Shown here piece after piece: positions 13,890-26,200 of a stretch of DNA of 64,000 bases. Source of the DNA: Phoronis australis (Eukaryota; Animalia; Phoronida). How positions within the stretch are numbered: the stretch's first letter is position 1; each line of letters opens with the position of its first letter. The notes under the pieces were generated by a model. The model worked only from the letters and a program-made list of their open reading frames with translations, ran no database searches and was not told where the DNA came from. Made by a program: the position numbers and the translations under genes. The stretch spans positions 441,892-505,891 of the forward strand of contig NMRA01000265.1 in assembly GCA_002633005.1 (NCBI GenBank). Reading direction: 5' to 3'.

Positions 13890-14447
13890 TGTTACGGATT
13901 TATTGGTATTTGGACACACCGTAGCCTACAAAGTTCGGCAGGTCAATTTACCAAGGTCAGTAGCAGGAGTTTGGGGGTCCGTTCGGAGATAAATTCGAAG
14001 TATTCTTCTGTGAAATACCGACAGGCAAGAACCTTAATCTGCGTTGTTTAGACTTGTGATTCTTTGAGTTCTAAACACACAAAACGCCTGTGATCCCGGC
14101 AAGTGGCTCAGAACCCAATCAGGCCCGTCGCGGCCGGACTGACTCGTTATTCTGGCCAGAGGCTCGGAACCCGATCAGGCCCGTCGCGTCCGTACTGAAG
14201 ACATCACGAACATAAACCAGCCAAAGATGGAACTAAACTTCCAGTCAAGAAAATACTATACTATTGAGCCAAAGAAGTAATGTGCACGTGATTATGTTGG
14301 TGAAGTAGCCACGAAACTGCAAATCTACTTACTCGTCGGGGGCCGCGAATTCAGGTTCCCCTTTGGCCACAGCACAGTCGGGGCAGAAGTTGTACATTGG
14401 CAATCATTATTTGAGTAATGTATATGTAAATAAAGATTCCCCTAACA
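13890..14447 (+). mobile_element. Possible solo LTR nested in the Kolobok element
   Basis: TGTTACGG...CCCTAACA termini, AATAAA at 14429-14434 and an internal ~40-bp direct repeat (14103-14142 / 14160-14198). No TSD visible. Confidence 0.35.
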
Positions 14448-14735
14448 CCTGGCCATGGGATAGAAAATCACGTTATTGTTTCACAACAGTTTCTGTCTGC
14501 AAACACTGAATTAGCATGCGGCCTCAGTTTCGGGTCAATTAGTTTTAGTGCACATAAAGCCGGTAACGCAGTGATTTATTCATTGCTGGCTTCTCAAATC
14601 ATTTGCACTTACGATTACTCCAAAGGCATTACAAATTGCATCTAATGAGACAAACTTTGTTTCAGTTTTGTATAAGTATTGGTTAGGGTATGAATAATTC
14701 ATTTTGACACGGAACTCTCAGTAATAAACGTTAAA

Positions 14736-15161
14736 ATGGCAACTCGCAATTCCGATTTGGAGGAGTACTCATCTGACGAAGACTTCACAGGTAGATCGTT
14801 AGGTTTCTCAGGATATCAGTTTGAACCAAAATACACTGATCAAGAAATATTAGAGAAACGCCGTGAACGTGCACACACAATGGAGCATATGGATAGTTCC
14901 GAAAACCATCTCAATGACTTGTCCTGGTGTCAGTGCGCTAACTGCACCATAACAGACTCGGAAACTAATGACGCTTGCGTTTGTTGCCACGAAATTCAAC
15001 ATGTGAAACGTCTTCTTGGAGAAGCAGGAATGTGTCTCACGGATTACCCTGATTTTGTCACCGCATCTGAACAGAGGTGTGCTCACGACATTTTTAGGGC
15101 TGGGAAAAGAACTGGCGAAAACATCCTACACCCAGAGGACAAACGGAAGTCTGACGAACAA
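14736..15161 (+). pseudogene. KolX / P2X7 ballast-domain-like (nanor-like) Cys-rich protein, first exon, frameshifted
   Basis: Acidic N-terminus, GYQFEP, WCQCANC...CVCCHEI, CLTDYPDF. After a frameshift near 15067 it continues LNRGVLTTFL...LTNK to a GTAAGT donor at 15162. Confidence 0.75.
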
Positions 15162-15186
15162 GTAAGTGGTCATATAACATACTCAC

Positions 15187-15506
15187 ACCCAGCCTAACAT
15201 ATAGGGGTAGGCCTGCCGAACGCAAAACACACTAGGCATAGCAACTGACTTCAACCTCGATCGCCCTGGCATGAGCTGTTTGGCAAGCCGGGATTCGTCA
15301 GTGAAATCACTGTCCCCGAAATGCCGACCACAGACTCGGAGATGTTTCACGGCCTCGTACTTGGCATGAACGTCGTACTTTTCAGTTTTCACTGCCGCGA
15401 GCCACTTTCGAAGAATTTCGGGCTCTCGAGGAAATCTAAAAAACGATGTACCCGCTTTCCTCGCAGCTTCATAGTTCGCACAAGCGGGAACGAAACATCA
15501 CACCGT
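15187..15506 (-). pseudogene. THAP domain, first exon of the Kolobok transposase (start lost, in-frame stop)
   Basis: ACG GTG TGA then CFVPACAN...SFFRFPREPEILRKWLAAV...LRVCGRHF...LKSVAMPSVF (C2CH motif, P/W/F and AVPTIF-like box); GTGAGT donor at 15186-15181. Confidence 0.85.
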
Positions 15507-15921
15507 GGAGGCACTCACTCTGCAGGTGAAACACTGACGTCGCTGCGGATTTTTTCACCTTCTTCACAGGCTAACGCGACACCTCTCGGCAGGGTAAGTT
15601 CGACCTTGTACGAGCCGATGTAGCCACAGACCGATTAAGATGGCAAAAAAGACTAATAAAATCGGGAGGCATTGTCCTTTAAGGGAGAGAACAATTAAGA
15701 AGCAACTATTATGCACACGGAATTTAATTCTACGGAAAATAGGAGCACATTACGCTACTTTATGTAGTGAAGAGCATCACGATTTGAATGAAAAATGCAG
15801 CGCGGGAATTTCAGTCTACTTTTATTTGAAATTTTTGAGAAGGTACGGTGGGATATTTTCATTAGTCTACTTTTGTGCATAAAACATGTGCATAAACCTG
15901 AAGTATATAAGGCGGGTAGAC

Positions 15922-16072
15922 CAGGGTCTTTGATACCAAACTTTACTTGAGACTCGACTCGAAACTAGACGAATCGCGTACTAATCTTCGAGTACCTTTT
16001 CTAATTTCATGCAATGTGATTGGACACATTTTTTAATCGAGTCTCGAGTTAAATTTGGTGGTTGCGGGCCTG
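15922..16072. mobile_element. Small hairpin MITE
   Basis: Arms CAGGG...ACCAAACTTTACTTGAGACTCGA and TCGAGTCTCGAGTTAAATTTGGT...GGGCCTG. Confidence 0.5.
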
Positions 16073-16546
16073 AAACTCTCGGCGAACTGAATATGGCAAT
16101 TCGCGAGGCTACAGAACGGGTGACACCAGGTGTGACCGGAGGATAACTTCCGAAATATTCTCCAATAACCTGTAGGTAACAGAGACATTTATTTGAGTGT
16201 CGTGTTTTTAAACAATGTGAATACAACACTAAATTTCCACACAACACACCTATTGTGATTCTCACATCAATTGCCTTGTTATCTGATAACCACTTACATT
16301 CCACCGCGACCCCCAGAAATTATTCCGTCAGTAGCTAATCACCGAAAAATACAGTAACTGCGTTCTGAATCCCATCCATCTAGGAAACGCGTGCATTAAA
16401 GGTCTGATGGGGTTTGATATTAACTGAAACAATGTAAAGCATTGGCTTATAGTCTGTACTGAGGGTCTGCTGCCGAAGTTTTTCCGTTTAAAATACATCA
16501 GGTTTTTCTGCCGCACCCTTTAATGTATGTATATCATTGCTGCAAC

Positions 16547-16742
16547 AGAAACAGTAGCAACAACAGGGGCAGCAACAGCGGGGGTAGCAACAACATGTGC
16601 AGCAACAACAGGGGCAGCAACAACAAGGGCAGCAACAACAGGGGCAGCAACAACGGGGGCAGCAACAACAGGGGCAGCGACAACAGGGGCAGCAACAACA
16701 CTGCTAAAGTAGCGGCAGCAGCAGTGGCAGCAGCAGCAGCGG
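16547..16742. repeat. 15-bp minisatellite (AGCAACAACAGGGGC)n, ~10 units, grading into (GCA)n
   Basis: Directly visible; it generates the low-complexity ORFs. Confidence 0.95.
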
Positions 16743-17216
16743 CACCAAAAGTTACGTAGATGTCCAGTGCACCTGCATGCAAAAATGTATTTTATAAATA
16801 CATTCTGACTTACTTATTGTGTTATGGGTTGTTGGGATCATTTTGGCTTACATATTATCTTTACTGTACTGAGATCACTTCAGAATTATCTTGTTTGGCA
16901 CAACCCTCAACTGCCTTGAACGTTGAAGCGCATGCGTCCAGTTAAGAGATGACATTGAGATACCTTATGGACGTGTAACAACAAGGACAAGATCGGTGTT
17001 GGTTGGAATCAATTAAGCGATTAGCATTGTGTAAAAATGGCAAAACTCTGATCGAGATGACCTAGCATAATTTATGTAATGATGGTCAAGTAATAAGGTG
17101 GACGTTACCACTCGGCAAAGCACGTCTTACTGGGAATAGACCTAGACGCAGCTCACTTTCCATAATATAGAAAATGTGACCTTGGACCTTTGATGTAAAC
17201 AAAACAATGGGGATTT

Positions 17217-17218
<2 letters not shown>

Positions 17219-17285
<67 letters not shown>
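17219..17285. repeat. (AT)n microsatellite
   Basis: Directly visible. Confidence 0.99.
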
Positions 17286-17289
<4 letters not shown>

Positions 17290-19405
17290 TGGCCTCCATC
17301 CAACTATCAAATACAATACAGGTAAGTGTCAAACACTAACACTTGAATGTGAAAAGGACATGTTGACTACATAACATAGTCTAGAGTCTGTTGAATTTTG
17401 TAACACTGAGTTTATTGTAGCTCCATGCATTTTTTACGAGTTTTCGCATTCCATGCCTCTTTAACAGACCCTTGATATTCGCAGTTAAGAACCACGTGGC
17501 GCTAATTAGGTCGAGCGTAACTCAAAGAAATCAGGTTAGCGGGGAGGAGAATCCTCCTGGTGATCAGCAGACACATTTGATTCTTCATCGTAATCAAAAG
17601 ACTAACTCACCGTATTGTAAAACAAAATAAAACAAAAGGGTTCATCCCTAAACGTAAATCAAAACGGCTTTCCATTATGCCACTGGATGACGCTTTAATG
17701 ATAAAAAAACAAAACAAAAAAGGACAGGCCAGAGCCTTTAAAGGCGATATTGATTTGTTCTGACAGACATGTCGTTTGTTGGGTGTTGTCACTACATACA
17801 AACAAGAAGCAGCAAAATCATGAATAGCAGACCCGTGACGGGTCTCGTTTGGTTTGGTTTCAACTACAGACTGCAATGGTTTCTAAATTGAAGATATACC
17901 CTGATTCTAATCTAGTCCCTTATTCATCGCTTCCGTGCTCATTTGTCCTGCCTCACGACTCGTGGAAAAAATATCTATCACGTTTCTAACAGTTACTAGA
18001 ACCTAGCATCAACAGTTACCAGAAAACCGAAACCGAACGCAGCTGTTTTGTTGCATTTCCGCGGGTGCATCTTCTCCCAACTTAACTTATTTTTTTACGA
18101 GAAATTCAATTTCAGAGACCAAACAATTCAAATTATCATCACTTTTAGTCCGCGATATATAAATTTATATTAGTTATTGTTTTACTGCCGTGAGTCCATG
18201 GCTAATGCTGTGATTGCTTTACTCCACACAATAGGACCTTTCATCAAAATTCCTGATTAACAAGCCTCTGTACGACAGCGGAAATCGTACATATTTGTTG
18301 ACGAAGTTCAACAATTGTTGCCGTGAAACGACAAAGTTTCTAATGTCGATGCGGCACAGGATCTTGAACCGGCGTATTGATTGTCTTATCTTTTAATTTT
18401 CAATTGCTCGGTAATCGCTCGAACAATGTAATTTGATGACGTAAAGCAGGATAAATCACATTTAGCAGCTTAGCGGTATGGATCTGAACAGATGGCCTCT
18501 GACGAGAGTCGAGCCTCTGCAGCAAAGCATGACCACGTCTAGTTACTGTTCTAAATATGAAAATATGATGTTCTTTGGTCTTTGGTTTATATCTTCACTA
18601 CCACCCTGTTATCGTAGTCGTCATTTTAACCGTAAACCTTTATATAGAAAGCTTGAGACGCTAAACGCAATGAGCCGCCATAGGCAACTCGTACGCTAAC
18701 ACTATTTGGTCGCAAGTGGACGAGATTGCGTGCATTCCTCACCACACTGTCTTCAGGGAATTTCTCGGCACATTAAAGAGTTCCCACCATGCATTTTCCT
18801 ATTTCTTGAGATTCCAGTCAGCTAATATGAAATGAATAACATGAAATCTAACTAAATAGGCACTTTTTATACCAAATTGTCACGAATTTTTTAATGTTGA
18901 AGAAAAATTAATTATTTCCAAGATTCTCGTCAAATGATTTAATGGATGGAAGAAGTTTGGTCACTTGACAATCGATCGTAATGGCGGAACACAGCTGATC
19001 AGAAGACAAGGACGCTTTTGAGCGAGAATTAGACAATTAGAATGCAGACACAGGAGAGTGGATACGGGCATCACAGTCAAATATATGAAGAATCAGACAA
19101 TGAATTCGATTTCCCACTTTGGGAACTCTCGTCCACTTTGACGCTGTATAAACTCGCCCACTTGCACGGCTACAGACATACGTGAGCCATAACCAATTGA
19201 AGCAAGGGGTGGTCAGTATTCACAAAATAGAAACTTAATAATCACTGACAAAGGCCACAGTAAACCTGGGCCACTCGTATTCACTATAAATTGCTATGAT
19301 GGAAAGAGCATGGTCAAAGCACAATGAATAAGCCTACGTGTCGTAGCGATCGATCTGGGCCGGGGTCGGGGGCCTGGCATCTCTCGCCCTAGAATAGAAG
19401 CAGTT

Positions 19406-21525
19406 CAGGGCCGTAGCCAGCATTGAGCGGGGGGCGGTTCGAATTTCTAGAACGGTGGAACTTTGATATTTTGCAAACGTCGACACCATAGAGTTTTCGG
19501 TAAAGCCTTTGACGCAGCTTAATTGGGAGGAAGGAAAATCTGTAGCCTATACGCAACAATGACTCTCAGCTCTATGCCGGTTCCTGAGATGAGACGGATT
19601 TGTAATACCAGAAATGAGGATGCTGTGACGGTTGCTCGCAAGAAACGGGACTTCAATTCAGATGTGATGTGGTCCAGAAAGAGAACGTTCTCGCACTACC
19701 TTCTACAAAAATTTCAAATCAGGCGTGCTTAAATGAGTGATTAGGCCTACACCTCTTTACTCGGACGGAAATATGAAGTTTAGTTGGAGAATGATCACTT
19801 GACGAAATTGTTTATCTGGTTGCATTTTTACGTGTTACTTAAGTAGCTTACATCGCTGGAAATGGGAACAGCCCAGCATTTCAAAGGTTCACTTCTCCGA
19901 AGGTTCACTATTCCGAAGGTTCACTATTTTGAAGATTCGCTACTCCGAAGGTTCACTGCTCCGAAGGTTCACTGCTTCGAAAGTACTTAAACTTTCAGGC
20001 TTAGGTGTAATGTTGATACTTTTACATGCAAAAATAAACGACACCGGTTATTAGATGCATTGAGTGGTGTACCTATACCGAAAACAACGCGCGGGTACTA
20101 AGACACTTTGTTTGGATTACATGCGCATGTGAAATTGCCCGTATGTCTCAATACGGAAAACTCAACAAGTGCTTACATTTTTAAAAGAATATGAAGAAGG
20201 AATATTGATGAACTACAATGTATCAATCACGATACATTCATCAAATCCATGTCAAGATTACATCGCGACGCGACTGAAAATTTAGGCCGCTGCGCCTCAA
20301 CCTCACGCAAGGAACCGCGCGCACGGCCGGCTGAAAACCAAATGTAGTTAATAGGTCATCCTGTCCCTGCCAGTCTTCACGAAGTCAGACTTCTTAAATA
20401 TAAAGCCCGTTGGTCGCCGCAGCCCTGACCGCTGCCTCAGATGTTGTCCATGCTTGAGAACTTATGAGTCGTGAGCAGACAATCAGAGTAACTGTCGGAG
20501 TTCTGGTTTCGTAATAGTGGAAATTCGAAGTTTAGTGAATTTTCGAAGGTAGCAAACCTTCGAAGAAGGGAACCTTTGGAGAAGTGGACCTTCGGAGTAG
20601 TGGGCCTTCGGCGGCATATTGACATGTAACCTTGGAAAACTTTTCCATCAAGTCTGTTGCTTGTACAAAGTCTACGGGGCTGTACACCATTGACACTGAT
20701 TGAAAAGAGAAGACTTTCTTCATTGACCAAAGTTAATGTCTAGGCCCACTTTTCCCTAATAAAGTGAAAAATGCTCGACGGGGTTTTCTCACTGCAAGAA
20801 ATCAGGGTAGCTGAATGTCTACAATGAACTTAGCGTCAGCGTGTACTGAATCAAAAAGACCGGAAACGCACACATGTGTACACGCATGCATTAAAATCCA
20901 CCAATCCACAGTCAAAATGGACACTGGATGAACAACATATCTGCGTATTTGACGATCACTTTCAACTCAAAATTTGAAAATGCCTGCACTTAACCGTTAT
21001 GTGCTAGCAATTAAACCAAAAATAGCAGAATAACAAATTTCAAAGTTCTGCTGCTTTGTTTCTTGGTCGATTTTAAGGCATTCACGCCGCACTAGTTTTG
21101 GGAGCTCTCTCGTTACTTTTTTGCTTACTTAGGTCATAGGGCTGGAGCTCTATGCCTAGGCATAGACTTTAGACTTCCTCTTACTATCCTTTGGTGTAGC
21201 TACCACGCACGTTCAATGCTAATGAATAACAGAAAGCCTCTTCTTATCGTCTGCACGAACTTTCATCTACATAAACACCACTCGGGCGAAGCTGATCTGG
21301 TACGGCCCGATGTCACTTGAAGCGCTTTGAATCAGAAGCAAATTCAAAATCATCCCTAACTCAGTTATCTTTGTAGTTACATGTAGTAGCACCAGTAGGT
21401 GCAACAATTTTGTTGTTGTGCCCGTCTATATGCTATCTTTAGCGGATATGCTGGGGCTGGACCTTTTCCGCAGGGGGGATTGTTCGGTCGAGCCCCCCGA
21501 ACCTACCGCCCTGGCCATGGACCTT
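19406..21525. mobile_element. CA...TG-type non-autonomous element with 5-bp TSD, nested in the Kolobok
   Basis: Left CAGGGCCGTAGCCAG, right CTGGCCATGGACCTT; CAGTT on both flanks (19401-19405, 21526-21530). Confidence 0.55.
19870..20612. mobile_element. Foldback element with terminal inverted arrays of a 16-bp unit (AAGGTTCACTATTCCG)
   Basis: About six tandem units at 19884-19982 and about seven degenerate inverted units at 20495-20610. Confidence 0.75.
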
Positions 21526-21576
21526 CAGTTTGCTCGTTATTTATAAAAAAATCAAGTACACAAGGTAGCCAGTCTT

Positions 21577-21810
21577 TCATCGTATCGCCGCTTTTTGTAT
21601 TTGGTCGAAACACGATTCCTTGAAATGTGCTGAACAAAGTATGGCTTCCGACTGAATCGCATGTTTGGCACGGTTAATATCCCACACTCTCGTGCGGCGC
21701 ACAAATCGATGCCATTTCAGTGCAACTGTCACGTATTTAAGAAATTTGAACACAGATACATTCTCAGTCAAGTTGTTGTTACCACAGCCTCCACAAACGC
21801 ACCTTTTCAT
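21577..21810 (-). pseudogene. THAP domain ORF (Kolobok transposase N-terminus, truncated)
   Basis: MKRCVCGGCGN...VFKF...KWHRFVRRTR...LCSAHFKESCF: C2CH THAP signature. Confidence 0.85.
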
Positions 21811-22302
21811 GTCTGAAAAGGCGGCTCCTCAGTATCGCACTGGTAAAATCAAAAATGGCGGAGACGGTCTTCTACCCATTACGTACAACCCTGATAACAG
21901 ATTTTTAAAAATAATTTTGGCTTGTTTTTTAGCAACTGGTATACTAAAGGATATCAAATCTTTTAAGACATATTAATAAAATTCTTTTTGAGACACAGGG
22001 TCATGGTAGGAATTCTTTAAAGACTTCAGGGCGCCATCAGACACGTAAGCTTATCGCTATTCATGAGCTTGGCCGAACGTGTATTAGATGAGATAATTGT
22101 GGACGTAATTAACGCGCCTGTTTAGCTACTAGTTTCAAAGTCAATAACCAACAATAAGTAAAGCAAACAACCATATTAGCTGTGTTCAAATTTTTAACAT
22201 CGGTGCATTATAGGAGAAGTATACGTTTTCTTCAGCAGCGCGGGTGAGCCACTCGCATTAATTAACTTTTATTATAGCACGAGTTAGTCACACACAGTTT
22301 GG

Positions 22303-23203
22303 CTTATGCGCGCTTATAGCGTTCGGGTGACAAAAGTACAACGTGACTGCGCCACCGTCAATCCTTATGCGCGCTTATAGCGTTCGGGTGACAAAAGTAC
22401 AACGTGACTGCGCCATCGTCAATCCTTATGCGCGCTTATAGCGTTCGGGTGACAAAAGTACAACGTGACTGCGCCACCGCCAATCCTTATGCGCGCTTAG
22501 GAGGCACAGAACAGTTCTCACTGGGTTATGCTTAGCAAAACACACATCACTTGATTTGTAACCTTTTCTTCACTCTGTCAAAAACAGGATGCAAAGAATG
22601 GCATGTTTTCAATTATTTCACATAAAAAGCCCAGCAGATGAGCACAGAAACTTTGTTCTTTCTTGTATTTTTGACCATTTCATTCCCACTGAAAACCAAG
22701 CTAGACTAAGAAAAATAAGGGCAAAAAATGCAAAATCGGCACTTTTCACCCGAAAAACACCACTTCCCTGCCGATGCACGACTAAAACCAACATTAGAGT
22801 CTGAAAGCAAATTTCCTACCAATTCCGAAAATGTGGTCCAAAAGTACTGTCAACCAACTAGTTTTTTGGCAATTCTTGCTTGTTTGAGGGCTACCTAAAA
22901 TCACAGCCAATTTCTCGGTCGCTACCCAACAATGCACAATTGCAGCCGGGGCCCGCCATCTTGAAGAAGAGTGCAGCTACAGCGAAGAAAGTGGCCTTTT
23001 TTATTCACAGCATGTTCAAAAATACAAACAAACCACATTCACTGAGCCTACGTGCAATGCCCACCTACAAAATGCCCCCAAACCTGGCCTACCCCAAAAT
23101 TTCTATATTTTGGCAGTGCAAATTGGCCGTGGCCGCAGCCTAACTATTCAGTGCCACCTTATAGCGTTCGGGTGACAAAAGTACAACGTGACTGCGCCAC
23201 CAC
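22303..23203. repeat. 61-bp tandem array (~4 units) whose fourth unit is split by an inserted element
   Basis: Unit CTTATGCGCGCTTATAGCGTTCGGGTGACAAAAGTACAACGTGACTGCGCCACCGTCAATC starts at 22303, 22364, 22425 and 22486 and resumes at 23159. Confidence 0.95.
22500..23158 (+). mobile_element. Solo long terminal direct repeat (659 bp) of a KolobokP-like element
   Basis: Short TIR GGAGGCACAGAA.AGTT / GGTGGCACTGAA.AGTT, TTA TSD, full-length reverse-complement match to 40907-41567. Confidence 0.85.
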
Positions 23204-26200
23204 CAGTCTTTATAGAGTTCAAAGAATCATAATGAGACAAAATATCCTTTTCCCGTCATGATGTCTAATTTTGTTAACAGCTAAAATTACTGGTAATAAC
23301 TATTGGGGTGGCAAAATTCTGATGACTCTCGCCTTGGCAGCACTATTGGCAAATTTAATTCTGTAAAATATTTTATCTATTTTTCATACCACCATAATGT
23401 TTTTTCTATATTTTGGTCTGTTACTATTAATCACTATAATTTATATTCATGGCTCTGCTCATTTACTTCGCAATATCTGTTGTGTTTATTTATATTTAAT
23501 TTTAAAAATTCATATATTCATGTAATTATTTTTGTATGATTTATGCGTGGTTCTGGGGTCAATGGGTTGTAAAGACCTTCACAGAATGTTCCTTAAACCT
23601 AATATACATTTGTATGGGCTAACATCTGAAATAAACACACCATAACTACTCAGCAATACCGTTATGTTCAGTTATATTTCCCCTGAAATTCTTCTTGGAA
23701 ATTCTTTTCTTTTCAAACAGAGACTCTACCAGAAATTTCTATTTTGTGATAATGGATCCGGACTAGCTCCAGTCTCACCTACTTGGCGATTCTTTGCCAG
23801 ACCATGATACTCGGACTAGTCTTTGTGAGCTTGTGTATTTGTTAGCACTTCTAGGTACAGATCGAATGGTGTGCAATTTACACACAACAAGTTTCTCGAT
23901 CCACCGTGGCTTTGAACTTATTGATTTTGGTAATAATCGGTTGCGAAACAATGGACCCATTTATGGTGATATTGTCGCTTTCCTGCAGCAATTTTGTCCG
24001 ATATACATGAACTTTTCATGGAACTGTACAAGTTTCGAGAAAATTGATTTCAATTTTAGCAAATTAAAGATGACGGAGTGGGGAAAAGTACTATGAATTG
24101 ACTCTAAAATTTTGCTGTATTGTCTAAAATTTTGGGTGCCTTTGAACAGAAGTTACATTAATTATAAAACATTTAACTATATACCCTCTTTCAATTTCGT
24201 AACAAACTCGCAAATTCAATTTCTCAAACCAAAACACGAATATTTCAAGGTTTAGAAGGGAGCTAGGGGGGGGGGTGTGATTCGCTTCACTGGCCCCTTT
24301 CCCGTCCTGCAGATGTCCAGGTGCTGACTCGTTGGCACCTGTTCGACACAAAGTTCGTGATTGGCAGTGTACACGTATATACATTGTACATGTAGGTCTA
24401 CGATACAGTAAACCATTCTTGGCACGACAGCGACTGCTTAATTAACTTGTTGACAGACAGTGCCAATTGTTCGTTATGTTTTCTAATTTTGAACAAGAGT
24501 ACTGTTCACGGAATCACTTTTAATATTTTAATATTAAAAAGGATTTTAATATTAGAATATTCAGATGCACAGATAGGACTAAAACTGGGAGGAACTTCCC
24601 CCTAGGCGTGGTGGTTGTCTTCGTGTTTTAGTGTTTTTTTGTAAGGCAAATATCGACTTCATTAGATAATAGCTGTGTCCTTTCACTTATTCATTATTTA
24701 ACTTTCGTTGGTCGTAACTAGAAATCAAATCGACAAATCAGGAAGTTTTACCCTCTTCATTATAGTGAACCGAAAACAGGAGTGAATCAACGGAACATTT
24801 GGTCATTATTCACCAACTCAAATTGTAAGCAAGGAAGTTAACATCATGGAATATGCATCAGGCTGCTCTTAACCAAAATGTGAAATGATTATTATCGGCA
24901 ACCAAAATACACCAGTTTTGAGAGTGTTGAACTAACGATAACGTTTGAGCCGCTTATGTCAAAACTTGATGGTGAAAATCAGTTGATGTACAACAATGAC
25001 GACCAACCTATATTGAGGTCGTACGTAGGATAATATCCAATTTGTAACTATTGAAATTCTAAATCTGATTAGCGTAGTCTATCCGTGTTGGCGATCAAAG
25101 CCCCAAAGCTGTGAGCTGCATGAACACTCTCTCTAATGGAAATAAAGGTATGAAAAATCAAATTTTTTATTTCGCTTACTTTGATTTTTTCAATTCTAAG
25201 ACTATCGCAAGGACTACAATTAGTGCAAAGTGTGTTGTTTTGCTAGAGGAGAACGTTGTTATTATGGACTTTCCGAACTGTTACTGAAGAAACTGCTACC
25301 CAACTATTCCGACCATTACTTCAGGCACAAAAACCAAGTGTTTGCCGGAAGTCAGATGTTGGGTAACATTTATTGCCAGCGAACCTACTCCGAGATCGAT
25401 TGTTGAAATTGAAATGAAAATAAGAATACGTTCAACTCCTAAGGTGTTTACTATTTTTCGAAAGCGCTATGGAAATTATCTCAAATAATGGCATGAGATT
25501 AAGTGTTATGAATAGCCTAAGTTCCCTAACCCGTTCCATGCTGCCGGAGCACATGTGGGGACTCACACACACCGAGTTAGAATAGTTCGGTAGCCGCCCT
25601 TTGTTGAAAACACGGCTTGTGGGCTTCCTACCGTGTGACATTCACACACTCTCTTTGTATGCCCCTCTTCCTGCTGTCACCGTGTATTTCACTGTTTTTT
25701 TCGCTTAGTCGTATATGTTCATTTCACTCATTGCCTGATAATGAAATATGGCTAGTGTTTTATTTTTTTGTCTATTATGTCTCTCTGTGTTTTGCTACAT
25801 AGCTGCACGAGTGAAAAAAGGAGATTGTTTCGCCACTGCGAGCGAGTCTGTATTAACTGTCAAACAAACACTCGCATGTTTTCAACGAAGTTTGTGACAC
25901 CGAGTTAGAGTACACAAAGTGAATAGGTAGGATCTTTAATGTTATGTCCGAGAGAACATCCAGTGAAAATGAATAGCGTTCCGTATACCAACTTTCTTGC
26001 GAGTAAAGGAAGATCTCGCGAGACCTTGCACATTCTCGCGCTTGAAAGGGTTTCGCGAGTATGTTCGGAAGCTTACTAGCCTATCCTAACAGAATGGTTG
26101 CTCCCTAGCTTAAAAGATCGATCGGTGAGGTTGGAATATTGAATGGCACTGAATTCGTGAATTATGGTATAGAATCTACATGTATAAGCGAATCTTTTCG

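Larger units (their letters stand above)
13635..15678. mobile_element. Internally deleted Kolobok DNA transposon
   Basis: TTAA on both sides (13631-13634, 15679-15682). Imperfect TIR AGAAGTATGCCACCC vs AGGACAATGCCTCCC (11/15). Contains convergent KolX-like and THAP remnants. Confidence 0.7.
18777..22016. mobile_element. Second Kolobok-type element (deleted, with nested insertions)
   Basis: TTAA flanks (18773-18776, 22017-22020); TIR AGAGTTCCCACCATG vs AGAATTCCTACCATG; THAP ORF on - strand near the right end. The left ~190 bp recur at 62293-62480, also after TTAA. Confidence 0.75.

Noticed and set aside
14736-15197. Functional P2X7 receptor gene
   Set aside because: Only the Cys-rich domain is present, it is frameshifted, there is no channel domain, and it lies inside TTAA-flanked TIRs.
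16523-16782. SNNRG / GAATT / poly-Leu repeat proteins
   Set aside because: All arise from a 15-bp minisatellite; no supporting exon structure.
22303-23203. CRISPR-like array
   Set aside because: Head-to-tail 61-bp units with no unique spacers, no cas genes, and a eukaryotic context.
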